This document shows, piece after piece, positions 41,001 to 55,387 of a stretch of 64,000 bases of DNA. Under the pieces are notes generated by a model. The model saw nothing but the letters and a program-made list of their open reading frames with translations, was not told the origin of the DNA and searched no databases. Source of the DNA: Octopus bimaculoides (Eukaryota); contig NC_068981.1 in assembly GCF_001194135.2 (NCBI RefSeq), positions 15,101,243 to 15,165,242 on the forward strand, in the 5' to 3' direction. The stretch's first letter is position 1, and each line of letters opens with the position of its first letter. The position numbers and the translations under genes are program-made.

Positions 41001-43544
41001 TCTTTCGCACTACATTTCTCCACTCTTTGTTTTCTGCTAATTTCTTTATTTCTCCTCCTCCTCTTTCTTTAAATTGCATTTGACGTTAAATCTATTAACG
41101 GTATGATTTTTAAATAACTCGCTTGCGTTCTCTTCATCATATACGCAGTCATCACATTCGGTTAAAATGGCTTATTGATGTGCGTTCATTTCTCGTTTCT
41201 CTCTAATGAGAAGGTTACATTGTTTTACATCATTTCATTCCCTCTAGAATAATATCAATGTTTTCTTCGAAGCATGTGTCGGAAGCAAAAAGATTTGAAT
41301 AACAACTGCGTTTAACTCCATTTCTTTATTCATCTATATACTTATGTATAAATAATATTTTCTTCCACTGCGAAGATTTGTGCTCCTCTTATAGGGATGA
41401 AATCATCCTAGTTACACTGGTTTAATACCCTATATCTATGATAAATATCACATCGATATAAAAGAGTATTTTATAAATGTCGAGTATGGTAAACAAGAAG
41501 AACATATAGAGTATATAGATATCAGTTAAATTAATTAACATAAAGTTAATTAAAAATACCTTCAGGTGTAAATAATATCAAAATTTACGTAGTGCTATAT
41601 CTAGAAGGTATATTATCTTTGATGTGATCACACGCATTTGCAATCAATACTGTTAAAAAACAAAAGATGAATATGTGTGAAATGTGGCATCAACATCCGT
41701 TTTGAATATTAAATTTAAACATGGGTACTGTACTAGCAAGTTACGAAACATTGTATAGAAAAATATTAAAATGATGGTTAGATCTAATACATTGAAATAA
41801 TGTTTGTAATATCTCAAGCTGTGGCAGGTATGTCGGATTGAATAACACCTTCGCTTTAATGTCACGAAATGGTGTGTTCAATTCCAATGATTGATATTTT
41901 GGTCACTATCTTTTTCTGCAACTTGTTATCAACGCATAATTTTGAGAGTAATTGTGTAAGAGGAAAAAATTCCTTTGATGGATTGAACCTGATTTGGAAA
42001 TTCTATTCTTGTCAATTATATTATCACTCTGAATTGGACTCATAAGTACGTAAATTAATCATGTGCCCATGCAATACTCAACTGTTCAAGCGTTGATTTC
42101 AGCTTTCAAATCGCGAGAACACTTTCATCAGTACGATTTCGTTTGACTCTCGGAAGCTTCGAATGTGAGCGGCAATAAGATTATATGTTTACAACTGGCT
42201 AATCAACAGAAACTTTGTTATTTTCAAGTGTAGACACAAAATCATTTTACTCTTCACTTTTTCGCCTCACAGAAGCATAATCAAACGAAATCACGAATGT
42301 ATGAACTTCCATATCAACAGAAATGTGTCAATCGCGAAATAATAGGAGAAAATTGATATTAAAAACTGCACTAAAATTTCGCAATTTGAAGTTGCTTTCT
42401 TCAGTTTGCTGTGTAAGCCAATCATATGACTGAAGTGTATTTTTTATCTACGCTACCTTAGAATGAATATCCTATAAAAATAGTATATCTTTTTTCATCT
42501 CAGATTTATGTATGCACACATTTCTTGTTCAAGCACTAATATAGAAACTATTGCGATATTCAACAAAACTTAAGAGTCACATTGCTATATTTCTCTACTT
42601 AACTCGTGTAGAAGCATTTGCTTACTTTCAAAGTAATCAATCCCATAATACATTTAGGAGACCTACTGTTGATAATTGATTTCCAGCATAAATATGAACG
42701 GCATAACGAATGCTACCCACGCAGCAGATCATCGTATTTTACCTTCTCAGTTATGACATAAAGCAGGAAACTTTATACGAATTCTAGCAAAGGATAGTCG
42801 ACCTAGAAGAATAATGATGGAAGGCGTTATAGTTTAGTGTCATTATTTCGCACTATGGAAGTCAACTGATTTAATTACTCCGTAAATTGCAGTGCGGTAG
42901 TATTTTTTTTTTTTTTGATTCATAAGCGACGAAACATGTAAAGAAGGGTTAAAGTAAATATTTCACTTTCATACGAATATAAATGATATACAATAGGATA
43001 TGCGAAACTACAAAGACAATTTGCTAAATGTTCTCTTAATGCAGTTCCATATATTCCACGCGTTTACATCCACTATAGAGATTATTATCATTACAGAAGT
43101 AGGTGTTGAAGAAACTGTATGCATTAGTAAAACGAGAGTATGATGGACTTTAAACGAAAGGAATTACTCACTTCCTATATCAAGTAAATAATACGATAAA
43201 TTTGCTACAATGTTTGTGATTGAATAGTTTGTAGATAATTAGATAGTTTTGTTCTGAATGCAATTTTGAATACTTGTCTGCAGCAGCTGCTCTTTTTATA
43301 TAATTTAGAAATTCTCTACTAACGGGTGCATTTGTTATCAACGGATATTTTAAAATTATCGGATGCATTTATGAAAAGTATGCTTAATCAGAGTAAAAAA
43401 GTAATAGTGAAATGACAGAAAATATGATCTGCCATAAATACTGAAAATATGGAGAGCTTTTATCATCATAAGTAGTCAAAATGATACCAAGATGTACCGG
43501 CAAGCTCACTCACACCGTGTAATATTTCTTCCGGTACTTTACGT

Positions 43545-43680
43545 TCTGCATTCAGATACTGCAGAGGCCGAATTTGTCTTTAATCTCTTTGTGTTTGACA
43601 AGATAATGTCAAATGTTCGTGTCGATGATTTCGACTGACTCTTCGATTATATTTGGCAGGAAGGACATGTCAGATTAACG
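43545..43680 (+). mobile_element. Very old SINE family C copy
   Basis: tttacgttctgcattcagatactgcagaggccgaatttgtctttaatc. Confidence 0.5.
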
Positions 43681-45908
43681 ACCTCGAGTTGAGAAATAGT
43701 TTCTAAGCACAAACGTCACACGGAGAAATATCCTCATCTATAACATGTAAAAATTTTTAATAATTTTGCTTCAGGTATGGAGTGTAGACATCTCAAATAG
43801 CTGGTCATTAATAATTTTGGTTATAACTATGCAGGAAATGTGAATGTTCTTCACCCAAATATGTAGACCGAGACGAATTTTTAAGACTTGACTGCTATGC
43901 GTAACTACGGTCTCAGTATGATGCTGTTACCATTACACTAATAATGATTTCATATGCATAATTAATAAATACGAACGGAAAAATCCTTCTCCTACGAAAT
44001 GGCATATTTTGAGCTTTTGCAAAACTTAACTACAATTAGCCAACTCAGGGTAACAGTTGCCCAATTGTATACACGGACAAGCTAAATGGTGAATTGACAC
44101 GATTATGCGTTTAACCTGAATATATAATAGTTAACAGAAGCTGTGCGCAAGACGGATTTCTGATCGAACTTCAATAGCAACGGTAAATGGCATATCAGTG
44201 AATGATAGCGATGGTAAAACAAATTACAGTTACGAAGCCAACTTGTGTGTTTAGCGAAAGAGATAGATGTAAGAAAGAAGGTATGTCTAAAACATTCTGA
44301 AAGCTGAACCAGCCAAATTATGAGACCACTTGAGAAATACAGATGAAGGATAAATTCAAAAACTTAAAATTTTCATCACTCACAAGGTGATATATCGAAT
44401 TGCACGGTCTACCATTGTATAGAAGTTATAGATATTTGTGTTATATTGTAGCCAGCAACATAAAATATCACTTACATAATATTCTTTTGCTTGATAACCA
44501 AGTCAGGAACATTATTGCTACACCATCAAAATCAATATGCAAAAAAGTGAATGCATGTCAAAATAATAACATGAATTTTCAACAATGCAGGCGAAAAGAA
44601 ATAATGAAAAACACAGATAAAAGAATCAAATATCGAGGACCTAATAGCCCTAGAGTTGCTGCAGGTACTTCCACTATTGTGAGACCAGTAGAATTGGCAT
44701 TGGAAGCATCGGTACTGACTGATGCATCGCTTCCCCTTTGTGCACAGCCTTCAGGCGATATTTCGCAACAGATGTAATATTTAGGTTTTCTATTCTCCAC
44801 GACCAGCAACATCTGCTTGATCTGAATATTATTACGTTCTCTTGAGTAAACAAACGCTGGAACTCCATTAATATGCTCGTTCTAATTTGTTGCCGGGTGG
44901 TCCATTTATACTCATAATCTCCCCGCGCTACTCAAACATAGCCATTAATCTGGTCTTGTCCCTGAGACATGTTTAAACCTATAGGGCACAGTAAATAAAT
45001 CGTAATTATATATTTCATTCTAAATGCTTGCATTGAGTCCTCTTTAGAACACATAACTTGATAATTTGATTAAATATTGGTGATAGTAAATATCACTCAA
45101 GCACACGCATATATACACATACACACACATACCCGTATGTTTGTATGAAGAGTGAGAGGATAATTTTATGTACGTTAACATTTCTATCTATATTTCTTGT
45201 ACTATTATTATTTCATGAAGGCATGCTTTGTACGTGATCTTTATCGGTTGTGCATTAATTCATACACATATAATACAATATCTTTCCACTTATTCTTTTG
45301 TATATCTCAAACAAATACATATAATTTATATATCTCCGTTCCCTTCTCATAGTTGTGCCTAAAAATGTATTTGTCCCTCTTGTTATTATTTGTATTTAAT
45401 ATCTAATATTTTATTGCATCTTAAAAGGATGAAATTGCAAACAAAATTTATAATTTCAGTTAATATTGGAAATCGAACGCTAGTTTGCCAATACTCCGTT
45501 AGTTTAATGTTCATAGCTTGAACATTTCATTTTTCATGTCCTAAATCCCTCTTTGATTTAGCATACAATTGCATATTATATCTTGTATTTAACTTAACGT
45601 TCATTCTATATGGTTTATTCACACATTTCCTGCTGAACCACGCACACACATGCACACACATGCACTCACACACATGCACTCACACACATGCACTCACACA
45701 CATGCACTCACACACTCAGTAACACTCAATCACCCACGCATGCCAACAACCTTTCATCTATCTATCTACCTATCTCCCTCCCTCTCACTCCCGCTTTCTC
45801 TTGCCCCCTCTCTCTCTCTCTATATATACATGTACATTTGTGTGTGTGTGTAAATAGATGAATAGATATGCATATATATATACCTATGGGTGTGTATTGG
45901 TGTGTATT

Positions 45909-45947
<39 letters not shown>

Positions 45948-48900
45948 AATGTTATATACAGCAGATTGCAATTGATGATTTCTAGATATTGTTGCGCATT
46001 ATAGTAGAACAAGACAAAGGAATATTGTGCCTTTACTGTCGTATGAATTAGAATGGATATTTTAGGCAACAGATATGCCAATATTTAGTTTTGTATAAGA
46101 TCTACGATTTCCTTCCTTGCAAATAATTCCTTCATTCATAAGGTAAAAAGTAAAATATCATTGTTATTATCGTTTATAGAAACATTGAATTTTGTAGTTT
46201 ATGGAAATTATTCTGCTTTTTCCCAAGTTTCTATAGCATGTTATATTTTCATACATTTTACCAGTGTATCAATTACACTAATCTGGAATATACCTCTGTA
46301 TTCGTGCGTAACGAGAGTTCTCATAATCGCACGGGTGTGTAAACAATCCTATCACTTTTGGATTTACGTCTATTACAGAAAAAAATAACGTTCATATATT
46401 TGCTCTGAGGTATGACTTATGAGAAAATTTGTGTTACTTTTGCAATTATACACAACAAATATTATAGAATTTCAATTGCAAATGTAATGTAATATTTTAT
46501 GTTTACACGATACGTATAGTATTTAAGGATAACGTTTAAAGATATCCGAGTTTTAACACTTATATATGGAGAGATTTGAACGCATGATGTTGTAAAATAT
46601 TTGGCTTGACTATACAGGATGGAATGTATTATTCCACTTTGAGTTATAATGTCCTATTTCCTTAAATTACTATCTCCTTCCTGGATTTATGCAGCGCTGT
46701 TTTAATATCTTATGGTAATCTAGGCCGTATGTTTATATTTACGTTAGAAATTACAATTTCGTGAGATTTATCACAATTATGTTTTTGAGATTCGAATATT
46801 ACATATAAATCCCATTATGTTAATAATGAGCTGAAGCAAATTGCTTTTTCAAGATGCCATATGTACATATAAACAATTATATACCAAAACCGACCACAAT
46901 GACAAAACTACAGTTACACAAATGGAAATTCATATATTCTCATAATTCATATTCAATCGAGCTTATCGAGACAACAGGGACTCCAAAATAAGAAATATAC
47001 TAACTATTCTGAATTCGGCATGGTTATCTTTGCAAGGCAGCCTACATACTGTAGAAAGCATTCTGTGTCTCACAATAGCAGATCTTTATTTGTCATGGCA
47101 TACGTTTCGCATTATTATATCTATTTTGACAAAACAATGTAAACCAATCAAACGTGATATGATTGACTGTAGTAGAACCACCCGATATATTTCCATTATT
47201 GTCTTGTAATAAACGGATTCCTTACTATACAGAGAAAACGAAACATAATACAATGTGTAAGCGAACTATTTATTCCAAATTAGTAAATGGCGTTACAGGC
47301 TACAGTAAAAGTCACCATAATTTGATAAAACTACGATTTTCTAAGTTAATTCGGACCAAATATTCATGAAGTAGGAGAAATAAATATAATTATATTTCGA
47401 AATATCGGCTTGGAAACTATTCTGTGAACAATTTCAATCCATAAAATAGATTAAGATTTCATAGTGTATCATCAATAATGAATGTAAGTAGGCGTTTCAT
47501 TTATTAAAATTCAGAATACTCGTTCAAAATGAAATCTATCGAAATAGAGAGCTGTTGCAAATAGAGTACGCCGAATACTGGAATACTGATACCAATTGAT
47601 AAGTGGGCTGATAAAGTATTCATATTTCGGTATCGTTGAATTGTATGTTCCCTTCATATTCTACATTTGTCGATGAGAGTATTTATAATTTCAAGCCTCT
47701 AATTTCTTCCATATCTAATATATTCGAAGAAAACTACAGTAGGTCATCCCCTTATGTTTGTAATTTGCTGAGCTATTGTAGTTTAATGTCTAACCACATT
47801 TATAGTACTTATGATTACATGTATCCCAGGCGTGATTATCACATTTCTTTGAAACGTTTTGTACATGAACTAAAGTATACGATTGTATTTATATGATACA
47901 ATGCTGTGTAATTTAAGGGTCATTTAGCTGTATTGTCAAGTAGGTAAAGTGGAAGCATCCTTCAGAATTTATGTAAAATAGAATAAGCAATTCGTTTCTC
48001 CCATATAATTATGACTGTATATACATAGGTATGCATTAGCCATTGAAAAATACGGTTTACTGTGTTAATTTACATAGAGTTAGTTATACATATATCATAA
48101 ATTGCAGTACGCGTCCGTTTATTCAAATTAGTTTTCATCTCTATTTACAAGTACAGCGTTTCAAGCAGTTATTAAGCGTATACATTAGCAAAGTAATCAC
48201 AGGTTTGCATGCTTGAATATCTAAATAGAGATGCCATCTCTTAAACTAATATAATATATTTTAATATATATGTGTTTCATGTTGCTTTTTAAGTATTATG
48301 TTTGTTCTCATAATGTCAATATCTAACGGATAAGCATTTAAATTATATTCGAAATACATGCTATGTCCTCATACTTTAATAGATTTGCATATTATCTGCA
48401 TCTTTATGGCATCATTCTAATTCCGTTGTTATTACTGTAAGTCTTTGTTTCCTACTTAGATATAAACTTATCAAAAAGTTCAGGTCTATTCCTATATTAA
48501 TTATATATTTAATTACTCTTGTTTCACTGTCAAATTTTCCATACATGCTATGAGTTCACTATTACTATGGCATACTAACACCACTCACTAAACTGTATAC
48601 ACTCTAAATCGCTTGAAGTGAAATTGCTATTTTTGTTTCTGATAACGTTTGCTTTTTCACAGTAACAATGTAGTATAAATTAAATTGTAATACACCTTTT
48701 ATAACTAAAACATGAAAATATGAAATTTATCATATCATTAATGCAGGGCTACCATTTCATGAGAGAAAGAAAATTACTAACATTTTAAGCTTATATATAT
48801 ATATATTATATAAATAGTATATCTAAAGAGTATATATATNNNNNNNNNNNNNNNNNNNNNNNNNNNNNNNNNNNNNNNNNNNNNNNNNNNNNNNNNNNNN

Positions 48901-49089
48901 NNNNNNNNNNNNNNNNNNNNNNNNNNNNNNNNNNNNNNNNNNNNNNNNNNNNNNNNNNNNNNNNNNNNNNNNNNNNNNNNNNNNNNNNNNNNNNNNNNNN
49001 NNNNNNNNNNNNNNNNNNNNNNNNNNNNNNNNNNNNNNNNNNNNNNNNNNNTATATATATATATATATATATATGCATCTATACATGCG

Positions 49090-49860
49090 GATATGTACAT
49101 ACTTACATCTATACGTATATATATATATATGCATATGTGGGCACAGGATGTCACGATACGTGTACAACAGACAATACGAAGTACAAGTACATGGAATATG
49201 AACTGGTTTTTCGAACAACGAAGGCCACAAAATGAAAACGAGACAACTAACACAAAGAACGACCCTTCATCAGTTGTTGGCTGTTTTTCTACTCTCGTAT
49301 TTCGAGCATTTCACAACAAGATACGCTTTCGATAAAACAGTTGCTCCCGCAAAGCAAAGTAAATAAAATTTGGGATTTTGCGGTGGATCAAAATTGGTAA
49401 CACAGACAGGACTATGAAAACACACAGGAAGGGCTACTAACACCTAAACAAGGTTCTGGTGGCGAACACGTAAATCAAGTTTGGACAGGAGACAGACTAG
49501 AACATGTCTTCCTTGATCCATCTACAACGAAACGAAAAAAAGAAACGCAAGTTAGGAGAAGAAAGATGGCCGATGGTCATGTGGGGGCCATATGAGCAAG
49601 GGAGGAAGACTGAAGGAGATAAAGTGACAGACAGAGAACTGTGAAGGGAAGAAGAAAATATTGGAAATAGGATAAGTGAGAAAAAAAACAGTTGGGATGA
49701 AGGTGAGTAGAACAATAATAGAGAAAAACGAAAGTGTGATAGGATAGAATAATGAGAGAGGAGGAGGTTAAAGAATAAGAGAGAGAAAGAGAGAAGACAC
49801 GAAAGAGTAAAAAGGTCGTATAGAGTGTGCATCCCCAAACTAGTAAAAATCAAAGTGAAC
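49090..49860 (-). mobile_element. Penelope-like terminal repeat / 3' region
   Basis: Purine-rich tract plus acacaaagaacgacccttcatcagttgttggctg block, recalled as an octopus PLE terminal repeat; CTGATGA on minus at 49267-49273. Confidence 0.5.
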
Positions 49861-50129
49861 TAAGAAGATACCTCCCATACATGAACCCCTACAAAAAAGA
49901 ACGTTATGAATAAATATGATATTCGTTACGTTAGTAGATAACGAAAGAAAATGTAAATATTTAAATGCCTTCCAAATTTTGCCAAATATTTCATTGTAAA
50001 ATTACAATTAAAATTTAATAAGATTAATTTACAAATAACTATATAATTCAATTAAACCTTGGGAGAGGCATTATGCCGGTAATAAACACACGCACTGGTT
50101 CAGTCCTTTATTAATTTATATAGTTTTTT

Positions 50130-50700
50130 GTTAAAGTATTTCATTGCACTCTTGCAATCTCTTCAGTAACTTGTCTCTCTACTTCCATTTACTTTGAATG
50201 TATGATCTGGCGTTGTTTTGGCGTTGTTTTGGCGTTGTTTTGGCGTTGTTTCGAAACTGTTCGGTATGAGCATGTGAGTGTGTGCAAGCTCGTATGTGTG
50301 CACGCTCATATGTGTGCACGCACATATGTGTTCGTGCTTATATGTAAGTATGTGCGTCCATATGTGAGTTTGTAACAATTTCGTTTATATCAGATCAGAT
50401 AGAGACTTTTTAATTAATTTATTTACGTTCATATTCCGCATCATATGTGTGAACAACATATGCAACCATGGGCAATTGTAAGGCCCTCATCTACGTGTAT
50501 TTGGTGTTCAAAATTGGTTGCGTTTCAGTTATGAGGACCGACTCCTGTATGTGTCGCAACGATGCGTCCCCGGGTGTCTAGACATGATTTCTATGCTAAT
50601 TCTGTCCAGTACACCACCATGTTGTTCTTTGGCATGTTGGTAGAGCACCGAGGTTTGTTTTTGATTATTATAGTCCCTCCAATGTATATGATACATTTCT
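50130..50700 (-). mobile_element. PLE 3' end: GIY-YIG C-terminus followed by a degenerate hammerhead
   Basis: Minus SVLYQHAKEQHGG...PG/DASLRHIQESVLITETQPILNTKY (about 50490-50660); GUUA-CUGAAGA-GAUUGC..GCAAU-GAAA..UAAC at 50130-50170. Confidence 0.65.
50208..50251. repeat. (TGGCGTTGTTT)x4 perfect 11-mer tandem
   Basis: Direct reading. Confidence 0.95.
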
Positions 50701-51519
50701 TCAAAGCAAATATCACATGTAGGATTGTCAATATTGTACGATGATGTGTAACTAATAATGAACTAGTTTAAATCATACTTAACTTTCTTCTCCTTAAATC
50801 TGAAATGCAGCAACTAATATTTGTAGAATTGCCGTTTCTTCTATACTTAAATGAATGCGAGGTTTATGAAATCTAGATGAACCTATGTAATAATACTTAT
50901 GCTCCCTTACACTATATTTTCCCTTAATATATACAATATATTTTCGTTAAACGCTGATTTTTCTAAAGGATATACAATTTTATTTTTACAGTTATACAAA
51001 CATTTATTCACTTGTATTTGGTAATCATCCACCATATGTCACTGACTATGCATCATCAGATTACAATTTATTTGTAGGTTTGTAAAATTATTTGAATGGT
51101 AATACTTTCATGATGATGACCTGAAATCGTACATGGGGATGGACAGATAGTACTATATATTCCTAATAGGATGCAATATAATGGAACACTTCTCTAGTTT
51201 AAATTGAATTCGGAAGATAAACTTTTTGACAATGGAATGTATATAAATAGTTGTAATTATATTGAGATCATATATTTATATTTCCAGTGACATAATTTAT
51301 ATAATCACATATCTTTTGAAACCAAGTATTACTGACCGACTCTGTGAACAGAGGGTAAAATTATTCATTTGTATACATATGGCCAGTAGTTATGCACTTA
51401 TGATGTGCTATAATAGAAACGTTAGGATTTTTTTCATTCTACAGAGACATAAAACATTGAAATCTCATGGGATATAACTGAAAATATTATGAAGGATTAA
51501 GAACACTACCTATCAATCT

Positions 51520-51547
51520 AACAAACGAAAACGTGAATGGTTATCTA

Positions 51548-51596
<49 letters not shown>

Positions 51597-52583
51597 NNNN
51601 NNNNNNNNNNNNNNNNNNNNNNNNNNNNNNNNNNNNNNNNNNNNNNNNNNNNNNNNNNNNNNNNNNNNNNNNNNNNNNNNNNNNNNNNNNNNNNNNNNNN
51701 NNNNNNNNNNNNNNNNNNNNNNNNNNNNNNNNNNNNNNNNNNNNNNNNNNNNNNNNNNNNNNNNNNNNNNNNNNNNNNNNNNNNNNNNNNNNNNNNNNNN
51801 NNNNNNNNNNNNNNNNNNNNNNNNNNNNNNNNNNNNNNNNNNCGGACCTCGGTATTGTTTTACATCTTTCATTCTTTGTATATAATTTCGATTAGGATTA
51901 TATAGAATAACTGAGACGTGGTAATCGATATCACATGAGAATTGCAATATTTTTAAGCCATCTACAAGTTTTGAAAATAGTACATTGGTGAGAGGGCGAA
52001 AAAGTCTCCTGACATTACCGGAAATACTCAACTTTCTCCCACCCACACACACATATTTTGATGTATATTGTCCTGTGAGAATGCCTTATTATCGTAGCTG
52101 TCAAAATTGAACTATTTCAGTTTTTCTTAAAAATCTTTTGCCATTTTCATACTTAGAATATGAGGATTATGCGGAAAATTGTAAGATGGAAATAGAAATA
52201 CATTTTTTTCATATTAATGTTATATATAATTGCAACATGTCGCTCGTGAACAAACCTATGATGAATTAATGATTCAGACACCTCATCTGCTTAACCGAAA
52301 TGAGTTACGATGAAATTGCTGTACTGGATTTGATGACATAACCGAAAATCAAGCCTATTAAACACACCCGAAATTCAGCCGTGCATATATATGAGAAGAC
52401 ATTTTTTCTTGCTTTAAAGCGTAAGTCTTACTTGTCATATAGGACCCCGTGTAATTTTGTTTCATTTTATTGGAAATAACGGTGTATTATATGTCATCAA
52501 ACACGATGAATAGGTAAAAGGAGTTTAATAAACTAACTAGAAATGTTTATACAATGAGGAACAAACGAAAACGTGAATGGTTA
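51520..52583 (-). mobile_element. ~1-kb segment bounded by a 24-bp perfect direct repeat with a (TC)n/(TCTA)n tract at one end
   Basis: aacaaacgaaaacgtgaatggtta at 51520-51543 and 52560-52583; contains an N gap. Confidence 0.5.
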
Positions 52584-52769
52584 GCATTATTTCCATTATT
52601 TCAGCAATTCTTGGAAAAGACAAAAACATATCCGTATCCATATGCCTCATTTGTTACGACAAAAATAGAAGGAAAAGAAAGTGGGGTATAATATATGTCT
52701 TTCCCCTCATATCGTTTTTATTCGCTACACAATAGCTTTCAATTTGGTAATACTGACTTATTTATATTT

Positions 52770-53110
52770 TACTCTTCAAATGTTTCTATCATTTGACTGC
52801 AGTCATGTTGGGTGAGTGTTTTGAGGAAATTTTGTCGAATGTAACTGTCACAGTACTTATATGTTTAAGCTTGGTAATTACTCTATCAATAACTTTAACA
52901 CACCAACAGATTAACAACCGGTGGTAAGGAGCAAACACATACAGAAAGACAAGCACAAATACACATGTATATACAACGAATTACTTTTAGTCTCCCACTA
53001 CCAAATCCACTCACTAAGCTTTTATCTGCTCGAGGCTATAATAGAAATACATATTCAAGGTGTCACACAAGTAGGACGGAGCCAGGAACTTTGTGGTTGT
53101 GAAGCAAGCA
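52770..53110 (-). mobile_element. Old SINE family A copy
   Basis: atttgactgcagtcatg...accaaatccactcac...aggctata...ggagccaggaactttgtggttgtgaagcaagc. Confidence 0.7.
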
Positions 53111-53619
53111 TAATATTTATTGTTTTCTCTTCTTTTAGTTTAGATAGAGCTGAATATATATCTAGTTTTTCCCTCTATGACTTCATTGTTATTTTCACAG
53201 AGATACTAAAACAATGAGTGGTTGACAGGGACGTCTTACATAGCTGAATGATTGATGACGTCGGCTACTTTTAAATAACACTTCAAATGATATTCTAGTA
53301 ATTTTTCATTTCCCTTTTTATCCATAAATTGCTGAAAATAGTCAAGCTGGCCACTGGTAATATTATAGTGAAGTTGATTAGTAACGTATACATGACTGAG
53401 TTAATGGTTTTCTGTGGTTATATAACATTGACTGTAGTTCGTCAGAGGATTCTCGAGAGCATAATACTGACCGATCGTAAGATCTAAATTAACTTCAAAA
53501 AGTAATGAATTTTAAACACCGCAAGGATATCGATGAGCCGGTAATTATCGAACAAATGTTTTCACTATTGAAATTTAGTGAAGACAAGAGTTTCCTACAT
53601 ACTAGGATTTTTCTATAAA

Positions 53620-54000
53620 GACTGGGGATGTTGGCCTTTTCAAATAATGCATATACATGTCTGGAGAAGTTTTGAATTTTTTTCTAATGTAAACCTGTTC
53701 AAAGATGATTGCAGTCTATATTTGAACACATGGTAATTGCGGCTAGCTATTGCTGTTTCAGACATAATCTTTCATAGATGGTTGACGGTGCAGGATATCA
53801 TTAAGATGGGAGGGCAAGCAAATTTACAAAGTGTAGTGGCTATAATGAAGAAGGCTATGTTATGGGTGAGACCGAAATGATTAAGGACAGACAATTTTCT
53901 AATCACTCAAGCCTTCATTGGCATTTGAAAATGAATTAGAGTGAGATAGAAATGGAATTACCAGACGACGAAAAGTGTGTGCCTGTAGGTAGCTGAACAA
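53620..54000 (+). mobile_element. Possible L1/Tx1-like 3' fragment, highly decayed
   Basis: gtggctataatgaagaaggctatgttatggg...gacagacaattttct...tcaagccttcatt resembles recalled octopus L1/Tx1 ORF2 ends; no catalytic motif. Confidence 0.3.
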
Positions 54001-55106
54001 CAGTGCTTCAGGTATGTACTTTTGGTTGTTATAGCGATCTTTAAATTTCCTTTATTGGGTTTAGTTTGAAGAAGATTACGCCATCCGTGTATTCACAAAC
54101 TGTAAATCTTATCGTAGCACTAGTCGTCAACATTGTTGTCCACGATGTTATTATGACTAAATTTACTTTTCTTAATGGTACGATTAATGTAATTATTTTC
54201 AGCATCAATGATATAGTTATTAATATTTTTTTTTTTTTTCATTTCTGATACCATTAATTCAGTTTATTTGTTAGATTCCTTTTTATGCTTTAATCTCGTA
54301 TTACTGTTGCATGTATTTTTTCTTCTCGGTATCTCTTATCATATGATGCAGAAAGTTTATACACCATTCATGTACTTTCGAGGAAAAATGCTTTGCAGTA
54401 TATTTTCTGACTATCTACATACTGAGTTCAAATGCCACCTGCCTAGAGAAGGAAACGTGAAAGAACTAGTTTTCATANNNNNNNNNNNNNNNNNNNNNNN
54501 NNNNNNNNNNNNNNNNNNNNNNNNNNNNNNNNNNNNNNNNNNNNNNNNNNNNNNNNNNNNNNNNNNNNNNNNNNNNNNNNNNNNNNNNNNNNNNNNNNNN
54601 NNNNNNNNNNNNNNNNNNNNNNNNNNNNNNNNNNNNNNNNNNNNNNNNNNNNNNNNNNNNNNNNNNNNNNNNNNNNNNNNNNNNNNNNNNNNNNNNNNNN
54701 NNNNNNNNNNNNNNNNNNNNNNNNNNNNNNNNNNNNNNNNNNNNNNNNNNNNNNNNNNNNNNNNNNNNNNNNNNNNNNNNNNNNNNNNNNNNNNNNNNNN
54801 NNNNNNNNNNNNNNNNNNNNNNNNNNNNNNNNNNNNNNNNNNNNNNNNNNNNNNNNNNNNNNNNNNNNNNNNNNNNNNNNNNNNNNNNNNNNNNNNNNNN
54901 NNNNNNNNNNNNNNNNNNNNNNNNNNNNNNNNNNNNNNNNNNNNNNNNNNNNNNNNNNNNNNNNNNNNNNNNNNNNNNNNNNNNNNNNNNNNNNNNNNNN
55001 NNNNAAACAAGTAATATTTATATATATATATCATCAGTAAATTCGAAAGTTCGAAATTCGAAAAAGGACCACGCTCTAAGGTATAGAGCAGTAGAGTATT
55101 TAAATA

Positions 55107-55274
55107 TAGATATGACCTGTTTATGGTGTTATCCGGAGTTCCACGCCCATAAAACGCTTAGCTTTTGCTATAGAGGCCAGAGGCCAACGAGTTTAGGGTA
55201 TGAAGAAAGGCTATAATTATAAGCGCTTTATAGGCGTGAAATACCCATGTAATACCATAAACAAGCCATATCTA
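55107..55274. mobile_element. Foldback MITE with ~55-bp imperfect TIRs
   Basis: tagatatgacctgtttatggtgtta versus reverse complement of right end tagatatggcttgtttatggtatta (22/25); inner cacgcccataaaacgctta / taagcgctttataggcgtg. Confidence 0.7.
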
Positions 55275-55284
55275 TCTTAACCTA

Positions 55285-55316
<32 letters not shown>

Positions 55317-55318
55317 TC

Positions 55319-55387
<69 letters not shown>

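Noticed and set aside
42090-42145. CUGAUGA...GAAA on minus
   Set aside because: No valid stem I or cleavage triplet; likely chance.
49190-49310. CTGATGA on minus as a hammerhead
   Set aside because: No properly placed GAAA/NUH arm and stems could be assembled.
50208-50251. Short regular repeat as CRISPR-like or telomeric array
   Set aside because: No spacers, eukaryotic context, not TTAGGG; a simple minisatellite.
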